A stretch of 64,000 nucleotides of DNA from assembly GCA_044375895.1 (NCBI GenBank), contig JBILLV010000008.1:7599-71598 (forward strand), given 5' to 3'. This DNA is from Polyangiales bacterium. GTDB lineage: Bacteria; Myxococcota_A; Polyangia; Polyangiales; Ga0077539. This document shows positions 27,588-36,665 of the stretch, piece after piece (within the stretch, counting starts at the first letter, position 1; the number at the start of each line of letters is the position of its first letter). The position numbers and the translations under genes are program-made. A model generated the notes under the pieces. The model was given only the letters and a program-made list of their open reading frames with translations, was not told the origin of the DNA and did no database searches.

Positions 27588-29117
27588 ATGTCAGACGCGA
27601 AGCTCAGGGAGACGCTCGATCGGGTCGAGCGCGGCGGGGCCGAGAAGTACCACCAGAAGAACGCCAAGGAGGGGAAGCTCTTCGCCCGCGAGCGCATCGC
27701 CCGGCTCATCGACCCGGGGAGCTTCATCGAAGAGGCCGCCCTCGCCAACAACCGCGACCCCGACCTCCCCGCCGACGGCGTGGTGACGGGGACGGCCACC
27801 GTCGGCGGGCGCACCGTGGCCATCATGGCCAACGACTCCACCATCAAGGCCGGCTCGTGGGGATGGCGCACGGTGGAGAAGATCCTGCGCATCCAGGAGG
27901 TGGCCCGCGACCTCCAGTGCCCGCTCTTCTACCTCGTCGACTCGGCCGGCGCGCGCATCACCGACCAGGTGGAGATGTTCCCGGGGCGCCGCGGCGCGGG
28001 GAGGATCTTCTACAACCAGGTGCAGATGTCCGGGCAGATCCCGCAGGTGTGCCTGCTCTTCGGGCCGAGCGCGGCGGGCGGCGCGTACATCCCCGCCTTC
28101 TGCGACGTCGTCATCATGGTGGAGGGCAACGCGAGCATGTACCTCGGCTCGCCCCGCATGGCCGAGATGGTCATCGGCGAGAAGGTGACGCTGGAGGAGA
28201 TGGGCGGCGCGCGCATGCACTGCTCCGTCTCGGGCTGCGGCGACGTGCTGGTGAAATCCGAGGACGAGGCCATCGCCTGGGCGAAGCGCTACCTCGCGTA
28301 CATGCCGCAGAACTGGCGCGAGCGCACCGCCCGCATCGAGTCCGTCGAGCCCGCGGCCTCGGGCAAGCGCCTCGAAGAGATCGTCCCCGTCGACGAGAAC
28401 AAGCCCTTCAAGATGGAGCTCTTCATCCGCGAGCTCATCGACCGCGACAGCTACCTGGAGGTGAAGAAGCTCTTCGCCCAGGAGATCATCACGGCCTTCG
28501 CGCGCATCGAGGGCCAGGCCGTCGGCATCATCGCCAACAACCCCTACTACAAGGGCGGCGTGCTCTTCGTCGACTCGGCCGACAAGGCCGCCCGCTTCAT
28601 CACCCTCTGCGACGCCTTCAACCTCCCGCTCCTCTACCTCGCCGACGTGCCCGGCTTCATGATCGGCACGAAGGTGGAGCAGCAGGGCATCATCCGCGCG
28701 GGGGCGAAGATGATCGCCGCGATGAGCGACGCGCGCGTGCCGAAGGTGAGCGTGGTGGTGCGGAAGGCCTACGGCGCGGGGCTCTACGCGATGTGCGGCC
28801 CGGCCTTCGAGCCCGACGTGTGCCTCGCGCTCCCGACGGCGAGCATCGCGGTGATGGGCCCCAACGCGGCGGTCAACGCGGTGTTCTACAACAAGATCCA
28901 GGAGCAGCCCGAGGGGGAGGTGCGGGACGCCTTCGTGGCGAAGCTCCGCGCGGAGTACCGGGAAGACATCGACCTCTACAAGCTCGCCAGCGAGCTGGTG
29001 GTCGACGCGGTGGTACCCTTCGAGGGGCTGCGGCAGGAGCTGTCGCGGCGCCTCGCGCGGCTGATGTCGAAGCACGAGTCGCGGCCCGCGAAGCACCACA
29101 TGGTCACCCCGGTGTGA
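27588..29117 (+). CDS. acyl-CoA carboxylase carboxyltransferase (beta) subunit, PccB/AccD5 family
   Basis: 509 aa. Motifs are GKLFARERIARLIDPGSF, GRTVAIMANDSTIKAGSWG, PLFYLVDSAGARI, GPSAAGGAYIP, and in the second half LPLLYLADVPGFMIG. Confidence 0.9.
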   Translation: MSDAKLRETLDRVERGGAEKYHQKNAKEGKLFARERIARLIDPGSFIEEAALANNRDPDLPADGVVTGTATVGGRTVAIMANDSTIKAGSWGWRTVEKILRIQEVARDLQCPLFYLVDSAGARITDQVEMFPGRRGAGRIFYNQVQMSGQIPQVCLLFGPSAAGGAYIPAFCDVVIMVEGNASMYLGSPRMAEMVIGEKVTLEEMGGARMHCSVSGCGDVLVKSEDEAIAWAKRYLAYMPQNWRERTARIESVEPAASGKRLEEIVPVDENKPFKMELFIRELIDRDSYLEVKKLFAQEIITAFARIEGQAVGIIANNPYYKGGVLFVDSADKAARFITLCDAFNLPLLYLADVPGFMIGTKVEQQGIIRAGAKMIAAMSDARVPKVSVVVRKAYGAGLYAMCGPAFEPDVCLALPTASIAVMGPNAAVNAVFYNKIQEQPEGEVRDAFVAKLRAEYREDIDLYKLASELVVDAVVPFEGLRQELSRRLARLMSKHESRPAKHHMVTPV

Positions 29118-29127
29118 GACGACGCTC

Positions 29128-29697
29128 ATGACGCTCCCCCTCGACCGCGAGTCCCTCGTCCGCGCCGTGCGGGCGGGCGTGTCCTTCGACTACCTGTGCT
29201 TCTACGGGCACCGCCCCTCGGACGACGGCGAGCTCACCGACGCGTGCTTCAGCCAGTGGTGGGACGCTCCCTTCGACGTCGACGGGGTCACCTACGACAC
29301 CGCCGAGCACTGGATGATGGCCTCCAAGGCCACCCTCTTCGGCGACGCGGAGATGCACGCGAAGATCCTCGTCGCGCCGTCGCCCGCGGCCGCGAAGAAG
29401 CTCGGTCGGGCGGTGCGCGGCTTCGACGAGTCCACCTGGAAGCGCCACCGCTTCGACCTCGTGACGAAGGGCAACGTGGCGAAGTTCTCGTCGACGCCCG
29501 AGCTGAAGCGGTACCTGCTCGACACGGGCGAGACCATCCTCGTCGAGGCGGCGCCGCGCGACACCATCTGGGGCGTCGGGCTGGGCGCGTCGAACCCCGC
29601 GGCGAGCGACCCGACCCGCTGGCGGGGCTCAAACCTCCTGGGCTTCGCGCTCGTCCGCGCGCGCCACGTGCTGCGCGGCGAGCTGTCGGCGCCGTAG
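29128..29697 (+). CDS. NADAR (YbiA/DUF1768) family protein
   Basis: Motifs are FSQWWDAPFDVDGVTYDTAEHWMMASKA, ILVEAAPRDTIWGVGLG and WRGSNLLGFALVRAR. Confidence 0.85.
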   Translation: MTLPLDRESLVRAVRAGVSFDYLCFYGHRPSDDGELTDACFSQWWDAPFDVDGVTYDTAEHWMMASKATLFGDAEMHAKILVAPSPAAAKKLGRAVRGFDESTWKRHRFDLVTKGNVAKFSSTPELKRYLLDTGETILVEAAPRDTIWGVGLGASNPAASDPTRWRGSNLLGFALVRARHVLRGELSAP

Positions 29698-29729
29698 CGG
29701 CCGGTTGGATGGGTGTGAGGAGGGCTGCC

Positions 29730-30239
29730 ATGGTCGCCTCGAAGAAGCCTGCTGGGAAGACGAAGGCGCTCACGCCGAACGGGCTGCCGCTCAAAGGGTC
29801 GGCGGGGCCGCGCGTCCTGGACGACCTGGGGCTCACGGACGCCGAGCTCGCGGCCTTCCTCCCGCCCGACGCGCCGCGCTGGGTCCGGTCGGTGTTGTGG
29901 TGTCAGTTCGAAGGCCCGGCCTCGCTCGAAGCGATCGCCGCACACTTCAGTTCGCGCTTCACGGTCACGCGCTCGGTGGACAAGAGGTTTCCCCCCGATG
30001 GTCCCGCGGAGGGGGTCGACGTCCCGACGGTCGCGCTGCGCCCGAAGGGCAGGTACGTCACGTACCTGTTCTATGGGATGCGCGGGGACACCTACGTCGA
30101 GGACGGGTCATGGCAGTTCGAGGCCGCCTTCCACGGCAGCGGGACCGACTGGGGCTCCAACCGCGCGGTGTACGAGCGCTTCAAGTCCGTGGAACTACCG
30201 GCTCTGGGCGCGCGCGCCGTCGTCGAGCGCACGGAGTAG
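29730..30239 (+). CDS. hypothetical protein (169 aa)
   Basis: ATG at 29730 is preceded by GAGGAGGG. Composition is protein-like. It overlaps the convergent downstream gene by 45 nt. Confidence 0.5.
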   Translation: MVASKKPAGKTKALTPNGLPLKGSAGPRVLDDLGLTDAELAAFLPPDAPRWVRSVLWCQFEGPASLEAIAAHFSSRFTVTRSVDKRFPPDGPAEGVDVPTVALRPKGRYVTYLFYGMRGDTYVEDGSWQFEAAFHGSGTDWGSNRAVYERFKSVELPALGARAVVERTE

Positions 30240-32534
30240 CGCGGGAAGCCTGCGCCGCCGTAGCGCCACCAGCGCCACCAGCGCCCACCACCACCCACGG
30301 CTCCGCGGCTCGGTCTGCGTGCGGCACCCGCACGACCCCGTGAGCGCCTCCCGCGTGCCCTCGTCCGTCGCCGCGACGTCCGCGTCCTCCGCCGGCTCCA
30401 CATCGCGCGCCTCCGTCACGTCGGGTGCGCTCACGGCATCGCGCGCCGTCGCCACGTCGGCCGCGACGTCGTTCACTACGTCCATCATCGCGCTCGCGTC
30501 GGGGCGCACGCTCGCGTCGGGCGGCGTCACCCCGGCGTCGGGCATCGGCGGCGGGGCCGCGACCCACACGCCCAGCAGGTCGACGATCACATGCGCCCGC
30601 ACGCTGCTGAAGAGGCACAGCGCGCCGTCGCCCACCGCAGTGCTGGTGAGCCCGCCCACCGCGCGGTCGGCTGGGAAGTTGAGCGTCGAGGTCGCCGGCG
30701 CGGACGTGCCGCACGGGAAGGTGGTGACGTAGCCCGGCGCGGCGGCGTCGGTGACCGTGACGTTGGCCACCACCGCGCCCACCGCCGCGGGCATCCCCGC
30801 CAGTCGTTGGATGGGCAGCGTCAGCACCTGCCCCGCCCCCACGCGCCCCGCGTAGGGCGTCGTCGTGCGCCGGGTGTCGAGCACGCGCTGCGGGAAGAGG
30901 GGGACGTACGACAGCGGCGCCGTCGGGCTGAGGTGGCCCGTCACGTCGACCACCACGTCGACGTCCGCGGACGACGTGAGGCAGAGCTGCCCCGAGCCGA
31001 GGCCCGACACCACCGCGTTGGCCACGACGTCGCCGGGCGCGTAGTTGAGGTTCGACGCGAGCGGAACGGGCATGCCGCACGGCGACGCAGTGAGATAGCC
31101 CGCCGTCGCACCGGCGATCACCGCGACGCTCGCCACCACGCCCACGGCTCCTGCGGGCGCCCGCACGTCGACCGCGCGCGTGACGCCCGCCCGCAGCGGC
31201 GCCGCGGGGGTGCGCGTGTCGAGCACCCGCGTCGGCGGGATCGTTGCCAGCCCCGCGCCCGTCGGCGCGAACGACCCCGCGAGGTCGGCGATGAGCTCCA
31301 CCGCGGTGTGGGCTTCGAAGGCCACCTGGTTCATCGCGCCGAGGGCGACGGGGACGGCGTTGGCCACCGCGCGGGTGGGCTCGTAGTTGACGTTGGAGGT
31401 CTCGGGGCGCGGGCGGCCGTGCGGAAACACCGTGACGTAGCCCGGCACCTGGAGGCCGACGGCGGTGACGTTGAGCCACACCGCGGTCGCGTCCGCGGGG
31501 ACGCCCGACGCGGCCCAGTCGCGGAAGGCGCCGCTGCTCGTGAGCGCGAGGGGCCCCGCGTTGCTGCCGTCGCCGCGCACGAGGCGGGCGCTCGTCTCGG
31601 GGCCGCGCGTGTCGAAGAGGCGAGCGGGCGCCATCGGGCGGAAGCGGGAGGGCGCCGTGAGGGGCGTCACGCCGGGCAGCGCGGCGTCGGTCACCGCGCG
31701 CGCCGTCGGGGGCTCCACCACCGTCTCGCGCAGTCCGCAGTGAGGCGCCGCCCCCGAGCCGCTGGCGAAGACGGCGAGGTGGTCGCCGACCACGCGCTCG
31801 CCGCTCGCGTCGGAGGGGCGGTTGACGAGGCCCGCGCTCGTCCAGAGCGTCGAGGAGCCGCCGCCGTCGAGGCCCATCGCGTCGTGGGCGCCGAGCTCGC
31901 GGAAGACGGCGATCATCTCGTCGCAGGTCATGCCGATGCTGGCGCTCGAGCGGCCGTCGGCGACGAGGAGGATGACGGTGCGACGGTCGCGCGAGAGGCC
32001 GATGGCGGTGCGCGGGTGACGGAGGCCCGGCGCGCAGACGAAGCCGCCCGCCGCGGGGCCGTTGTCGTCGATGCCGAGCTGCGGGACGCCGTCGTGGAGC
32101 AGCGTCCAGCGGCCGCCGAGCTGCTCGGTCACCCAGGGGTACGGCCGGGGGAGCACCACGTAGTCGGGGGTCATCTCGAGGCGGTTGGCGCCGACGGAGA
32201 AGTTGCCGCTGTGGTCGGTGTCGGGGGCGCTCCACACCTGGCCGTTGCCGACGTTGAGGCCGAAATCGTGGTCGAAGAAATCGCCGTTGATCGCGAGCTG
32301 CGCGCCCACGAGCCGCCCGAACGACGACGTGGTGCGTCGCCCCTCCGACGGGGCCGTCACGCGGAAGCGGATGCCGGGCGCGCAGCTGTCGATCACCGCC
32401 GCCCAGAGCACCACGGGCTGCGGCGTGGTGCGGCGCAGCAGGCGGACGCCGGGGAAGGGCGTCGTCCACACGTCGACCGCGCCGGCCGGGAGCGCCACGA
32501 AGAGGAAGAGGAAGACCAGAAACGCCCGTCGCAT
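30195..32534 (-). CDS. secreted phosphodiester glycosidase (NAGPA/DUF2233) domain protein with three tandem beta-domains and a MYXO-CTERM anchor
   Basis: ATG at 32534 gives the signal MRRAFLVFLFLFVALPAGA. NAGPA-like motifs are INGDFF, RTAIGLSRDRRTVILLVADG and GLDGGGSSTL. Three repeats each begin R(L/V)(F/L)DTR and contain (T/S)SN(V/L)N(Y/F). The C-terminal GSCGCRT...WWWALVALVALRRRR is a MYXO-CTERM tag. Confidence 0.8.
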   Translation of the reverse strand: MRRAFLVFLFLFVALPAGAVDVWTTPFPGVRLLRRTTPQPVVLWAAVIDSCAPGIRFRVTAPSEGRRTTSSFGRLVGAQLAINGDFFDHDFGLNVGNGQVWSAPDTDHSGNFSVGANRLEMTPDYVVLPRPYPWVTEQLGGRWTLLHDGVPQLGIDDNGPAAGGFVCAPGLRHPRTAIGLSRDRRTVILLVADGRSSASIGMTCDEMIAVFRELGAHDAMGLDGGGSSTLWTSAGLVNRPSDASGERVVGDHLAVFASGSGAAPHCGLRETVVEPPTARAVTDAALPGVTPLTAPSRFRPMAPARLFDTRGPETSARLVRGDGSNAGPLALTSSGAFRDWAASGVPADATAVWLNVTAVGLQVPGYVTVFPHGRPRPETSNVNYEPTRAVANAVPVALGAMNQVAFEAHTAVELIADLAGSFAPTGAGLATIPPTRVLDTRTPAAPLRAGVTRAVDVRAPAGAVGVVASVAVIAGATAGYLTASPCGMPVPLASNLNYAPGDVVANAVVSGLGSGQLCLTSSADVDVVVDVTGHLSPTAPLSYVPLFPQRVLDTRRTTTPYAGRVGAGQVLTLPIQRLAGMPAAVGAVVANVTVTDAAAPGYVTTFPCGTSAPATSTLNFPADRAVGGLTSTAVGDGALCLFSSVRAHVIVDLLGVWVAAPPPMPDAGVTPPDASVRPDASAMMDVVNDVAADVATARDAVSAPDVTEARDVEPAEDADVAATDEGTREALTGSCGCRTQTEPRSRGWWWALVALVALRRRRLPALLRALDDGARAQSR

Positions 32535-32557
32535 GACGGGGAGACTACCAGCGCGCG

Positions 32558-35128
32558 TCACAAATCGCTGCGCTCGTGGCCCGCGGCGATGGCGAGGATG
32601 TGGTCGAGGTCGACGGGCTTGACGAGGTGCAGGTCGAAGCCCGCGGCCCGGCTCCGTTCGCGGTCGGACTCCTGGCCGTAGCCCGTCACCGCCACGAGGA
32701 GGATGCGCCGCCCGGGCGCCGCCTCCCGCAGCCGCTGCGCCACCTCGTAGCCGTCCATCGCGGGGAGGCCGATGTCGATGAAGGCGACGTCCGGCGTGAG
32801 CTCCTCCGCGATGCGGAGACCGCTCAGGCCGTCGTACGCGGACCGCGCCTCGTGGCCCGCGGCGCGGAGGCCCTCGGTGAAGAGGTCGGCGGCGTCGAGG
32901 TTGTCGTCGACGACGAGCACGCGCGCCAGCGGGCGGTCGGCGCGAGGGGGCGGCGCGGTCGACGCGCGCTGCACGTCCGTGATGGGGCGCGAGCGGTCGA
33001 GGGGCAGGCGGACGACGAACTCGCTCCCCCGGCGCGCCCCCTCGCTCTGCGCGGTGACGGTGCCGCCGTGCTGCTCGACCAGCGAGCGCACGATGGAGAG
33101 CCCGAGCCCGAGGCCCCCGCGGGCGCGATCGAGCGTCCGTTCGCCCTGCACAAACTGCTCGAACACCCGGGGGAGGAGCGCCGCGGAGATGCCCATGCCG
33201 TTGTCCTTCACGCGCAGCACGACGTCTGCGCCGTCGTGTGTGGCGGTGGCCTCGATGAGCCCGCCGGGGTCGGTGTACTTCGCCGCGTTGGTGAGCAGGT
33301 TGGAGATCACCTGCGCGAGCCGGTGGGCGTCGGCCATCAACGGCAGGCCGCGCGCGGGGACGGTGACCGTGAAGCGATGGCGCTTCTCCTCCAGGAGCGG
33401 CGAGGCCGTCTCCACCGCGCTGACGAAGACGTCGCCGAGCTCGACGCGCTGCAGCTTGAGCTCCACCTTGCCGCGGGTGATGCGGGCCACGTCGAGGAGG
33501 TCGCCCACGAGGCGGGCCATGTGCTCCACCTGGCGCTCGATGACGGCGCGCTCGCGCTCGAACACCTCGGGGGCGCGGAGCTTCATGAGCTGGAGCGACG
33601 TGACGATGGGCGACAGCGGGTTGCGCAGCTCGTGACCCAGCAGCGCGAGAAATTCGTCCTTCGTCCGGCTCGCCGCCTCGGCGTGGGCCCGCGCGGCCTT
33701 CTCCGACTCGTGGAGGAGCGAGCGGTCGAGCGCGAGCCCGAGCGACCACGCGAGGCGCATCATCCGGGTGCGCGCGGCGTCGTCGAAGTGCGCCGTGCGG
33801 AAGCCCAGCCAGAGCACCCCCCGCGTCACCTCGCGCCCCACGAGCGGCAGCGCGGCCCACGCCTCGCGCTGGCCGAGGGGGACGGTCGCCATGAGGGGGA
33901 AGCGCCGGAGCAGCTCGGCCCGCGTCTCGATGAAGACGGGCTCCGCGGTGCGCTGCGCGACCGCGGCGGGGTAGTCGGAGTCGACCAGGAGCCCCGGGAA
34001 GGCGCGCACCTCCTCGGCCGTGTACCCGGCGGTCTCCGAGAGCACGAGCTGACCGTCTCTTTCGAGGAGCAGGCTGCCGAACGAGGTGCCGAGCGCGGGG
34101 AGCGCGAGGCGCAGCGCGGACGCGACCACCTCTTGCACCGTGGCGGCCTCGGCGAGCACCGAGGCGAGCTCGCTGGCGAGCCGGAGGTCGTCTTCGAAGC
34201 GCCGGCGCCGCGCGTCCATCTGGTCGACGGTGCGCGCGAGGAGGATCACCACACCGCCGAAGGTTCCGATCACGGCGATGACGAGGAGCGCGGTGCCCTC
34301 GGCGGGGGTGTAGAGCGCGCGCCGCTGCGCGCCGAGCCAGAGCCAGCCGAGCGCCACGGGGGCGACGACGCTCAGCACGAGGAGCCGTCGGACGAGGTAG
34401 CCCGCCGCCTCCGCGCTGCGGAGGAGCCGCACGATGCCTACCTCGCGGCGCAGCAGCAGCGACCCGACGCTCACCAGCGCGAGCCCGACGGCGGTGAAGG
34501 GCGACATGCGGATGTGCTGCGTGGGCTGGTAGAGCATCGTCGCGCCGTACAGGTACCCGAGCAGCGCGGCGAAGCCGACGACCAGCACCGCGCCGCTCGC
34601 CGCCTGCGACGCGACCACCCACGACCGCTGCGGCCGTCGCGCGAGCAGGAGCGCCAGGCCGGCGCCGACGAGTCCGAGGGCCGCGTTGGGGGCCATGCGG
34701 TTGGGGAAGCGCGCGCTCTCCGGGAGGATGACGTCGCGGGCGAGGCCCTGGTCGATGCCGAGATCGATCGCGAAGGCGTACTCCGCGAGGGTGGCGGCGG
34801 CGAGGGCGGTGGCCGCCGCGGCGAGCCCGCACCCCACCCGGTCGAGCCGAGCGCCGCGTGTGGCGCTCGCCCGCAGCGTGAGCCCGAGCGCGACGAGCGC
34901 GAGGCACACCGCGGTGTTGGTCTTCATGCGGGGCGCCACCCATTGCACCGCGCCCGGGGAGCCGACGAACCAGACCGCCAGGAAGCACAGCGCCCCTGCG
35001 AGCGCGGCGATCCCCGCGGCGCGCGGGAGGGCTCCCGCGGGTTCGTCCGGTGCGTCAAGGGGCTGTGAGGTGGTGGGCAAAGGGGATCGCCGTGGGGAGA
35101 CTGCGAGCGCGCGGCCGCTCCCGTCCAC
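32558..35128 (-). CDS. hybrid sensor histidine kinase/response regulator (membrane sensor, GAF, HisKA, HATPase, REC)
   Basis: H-box is FLALLGHELRNPL, N-box is NLLTNAAKYT, G-boxes are DNGMGI and GGLGLGLSIV, and the receiver has VLVVDDN...FIDIGLPAMDG...LVKP. The N-terminal half is polytopic and the exact start is uncertain. Confidence 0.9.
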   Translation of the reverse strand: MDGSGRALAVSPRRSPLPTTSQPLDAPDEPAGALPRAAGIAALAGALCFLAVWFVGSPGAVQWVAPRMKTNTAVCLALVALGLTLRASATRGARLDRVGCGLAAAATALAAATLAEYAFAIDLGIDQGLARDVILPESARFPNRMAPNAALGLVGAGLALLLARRPQRSWVVASQAASGAVLVVGFAALLGYLYGATMLYQPTQHIRMSPFTAVGLALVSVGSLLLRREVGIVRLLRSAEAAGYLVRRLLVLSVVAPVALGWLWLGAQRRALYTPAEGTALLVIAVIGTFGGVVILLARTVDQMDARRRRFEDDLRLASELASVLAEAATVQEVVASALRLALPALGTSFGSLLLERDGQLVLSETAGYTAEEVRAFPGLLVDSDYPAAVAQRTAEPVFIETRAELLRRFPLMATVPLGQREAWAALPLVGREVTRGVLWLGFRTAHFDDAARTRMMRLAWSLGLALDRSLLHESEKAARAHAEAASRTKDEFLALLGHELRNPLSPIVTSLQLMKLRAPEVFERERAVIERQVEHMARLVGDLLDVARITRGKVELKLQRVELGDVFVSAVETASPLLEEKRHRFTVTVPARGLPLMADAHRLAQVISNLLTNAAKYTDPGGLIEATATHDGADVVLRVKDNGMGISAALLPRVFEQFVQGERTLDRARGGLGLGLSIVRSLVEQHGGTVTAQSEGARRGSEFVVRLPLDRSRPITDVQRASTAPPPRADRPLARVLVVDDNLDAADLFTEGLRAAGHEARSAYDGLSGLRIAEELTPDVAFIDIGLPAMDGYEVAQRLREAAPGRRILLVAVTGYGQESDRERSRAAGFDLHLVKPVDLDHILAIAAGHERSDL

Positions 35129-35213
35129 GCGACGCGGGCCACACGTTGTACGCGATTGCCGGCGGGGTCACAAGAAGCGCGGTCTTGACGGCGCTGGGGG
35201 GGGCTGCGGTGAG

Positions 35214-36659
35214 ATGCACCCGATGGGAGGGACACCACCCGTTGATGAGTTTGGACTCCTGGGCGCCGCGGTCGAAGGCAAGTACGCCGTCGAGTCGGTG
35301 GTCGCGGCCGGCGGGTTCGGCGTGGTGTATCGCGGTCGCCACCAGGTGCTCGGCAACACCATCGCCCTCAAGGTGCTGAAGGTGCCGCCTGACATGCGCG
35401 ACGACGTGCGTCAGGCCTTCGTCCAGATGTTCTTGAACGAGGCGCGGATCGTCGCGAGCCTCAAGCACCCCGCGGTGGTGCGCGCCATCGACTTCGGCGC
35501 GGTGGAGTACGCCGAGGGCCGCGTCGCCCCGTGGATGGCGCTCGACTGGATCGACGGCGTCACCCTCGCGGAGGACCTCGACGCCCGCCGCGGCCGGGGC
35601 GGTCGCACCCCCGAGGAGGCCCTCGCGCTCCTCACGCCCGTGCTCGAAGCGCTGGCCGAGGCCCACGAGGCGGGCGTCGTGCACCGCGACATCAAGCCCG
35701 GCAACGTGATGATCCCGAGCGCCCCGAGCGCGCGCGGACGGCGCGGGGGGAGGGCGGGCGCAGGCGAGACGCGGCTGCTGGATTTCGGCATCGCCAAGGT
35801 GATGGAGGGCGACGAGGGCACGACGAGCGGGCAGACGCAGACCCACTCCACGCTCCCGGCGTTTTCTCCGAAGTACGCCTCGCCCGAGCAGGTGAGCCGG
35901 ATGAAGACGGGGCCGTGGACGGACGTGCACGCCGTCGCGCTCCTGCTCACGGAGGTGCTCCTCGACGCGGCGCCGTACGAGAGCGGCGACAAGCTCCGGC
36001 TCACCGCGCAGGTGATGTCGTCGACGCGCCCGACGCCCGCCCGCTTCGGCGTCGACGTGGGGCCGTGGGAGCCCGTGCTGGCCCGCGCCCTCGCCCTCCA
36101 CCCGAACGATCGCTACGCCGACGCGGGCGAGCTCCTGAGCGCCCTCGAAGCCGCCGTCGCGGGGGCGCAGCGGGCGCGCGCCGCGATGCCGCAGCCCCTC
36201 GACGAGCCGACGCTCACGCGCACCGTCCCCGCCGCGCCGCCGCCCGCGGTGGCGCCCGTTGGGGCCGGGACGATCTCCGCGGTGGTGTCGCAGACCCCGC
36301 CCGCGCCGCCCGCGCCTCGGGCGAAGACGGCGCGCCTCGTGGGGATCGCGGTCGTGGCCGCCCTGGTGGGCGTGGCGACGTACTCGGTGGGGCGCGCCCG
36401 CGCCCGACCGCCGCGCGTCGAGGGGGCGGTGCAGCCGGTGGTGGCGGCGCCCGTCGTGGTGGAGTCGCCGCGCGTCGCTTCGACCGACGACGCTGCGGTC
36501 GCGGTCGTCGATGCGGTCGTGACGGTCGCGGCGCCGCCCGTCGCGGTGCGCCCACGCGTGTCGGCGGTGCGGGTGGAGGTGGGGCGGCCCCGCACGACGC
36601 GCCCGCGTCGTTTGACCCCATCGGTGCAGGCGGCGGACGAGCGCCCGCCGCTGGAGTGA
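35214..36659 (+). CDS. Ser/Thr protein kinase with C-terminal TM segment and Pro/Ala/Val-rich tail
   Basis: Motifs are AAGGFGVVYRG, ALKVLK, HRDIKPGNVMI, DFGIAK and SPKYASPEQ. Start is ATG 35214 or 35223; the first 176 codons of the track ORF are antisense to the histidine kinase. Confidence 0.9.
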   Translation: MHPMGGTPPVDEFGLLGAAVEGKYAVESVVAAGGFGVVYRGRHQVLGNTIALKVLKVPPDMRDDVRQAFVQMFLNEARIVASLKHPAVVRAIDFGAVEYAEGRVAPWMALDWIDGVTLAEDLDARRGRGGRTPEEALALLTPVLEALAEAHEAGVVHRDIKPGNVMIPSAPSARGRRGGRAGAGETRLLDFGIAKVMEGDEGTTSGQTQTHSTLPAFSPKYASPEQVSRMKTGPWTDVHAVALLLTEVLLDAAPYESGDKLRLTAQVMSSTRPTPARFGVDVGPWEPVLARALALHPNDRYADAGELLSALEAAVAGAQRARAAMPQPLDEPTLTRTVPAAPPPAVAPVGAGTISAVVSQTPPAPPAPRAKTARLVGIAVVAALVGVATYSVGRARARPPRVEGAVQPVVAAPVVVESPRVASTDDAAVAVVDAVVTVAAPPVAVRPRVSAVRVEVGRPRTTRPRRLTPSVQAADERPPLE

Positions 36660-36665
36660 TCGGAC

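Noticed and set aside
25841-29131. 1096-aa plus-strand ORF, and the 512-aa minus ORF 27591-29129
   Set aside because: They overlap the two lipoprotein genes (antisense) and the carboxyltransferase gene (off-frame or antisense). Composition is dominated by R/G/A/P.
30181-35068. Long ORFs 30181-32469 (-), 30591-32681 (+), 32576-35068 (+) and the upstream 818 codons of 30195-34988 (-)
   Set aside because: These are alternative frames or the antisense strand of the glycosidase and histidine-kinase genes. Their products are R/G/A/D-rich and motif-free.
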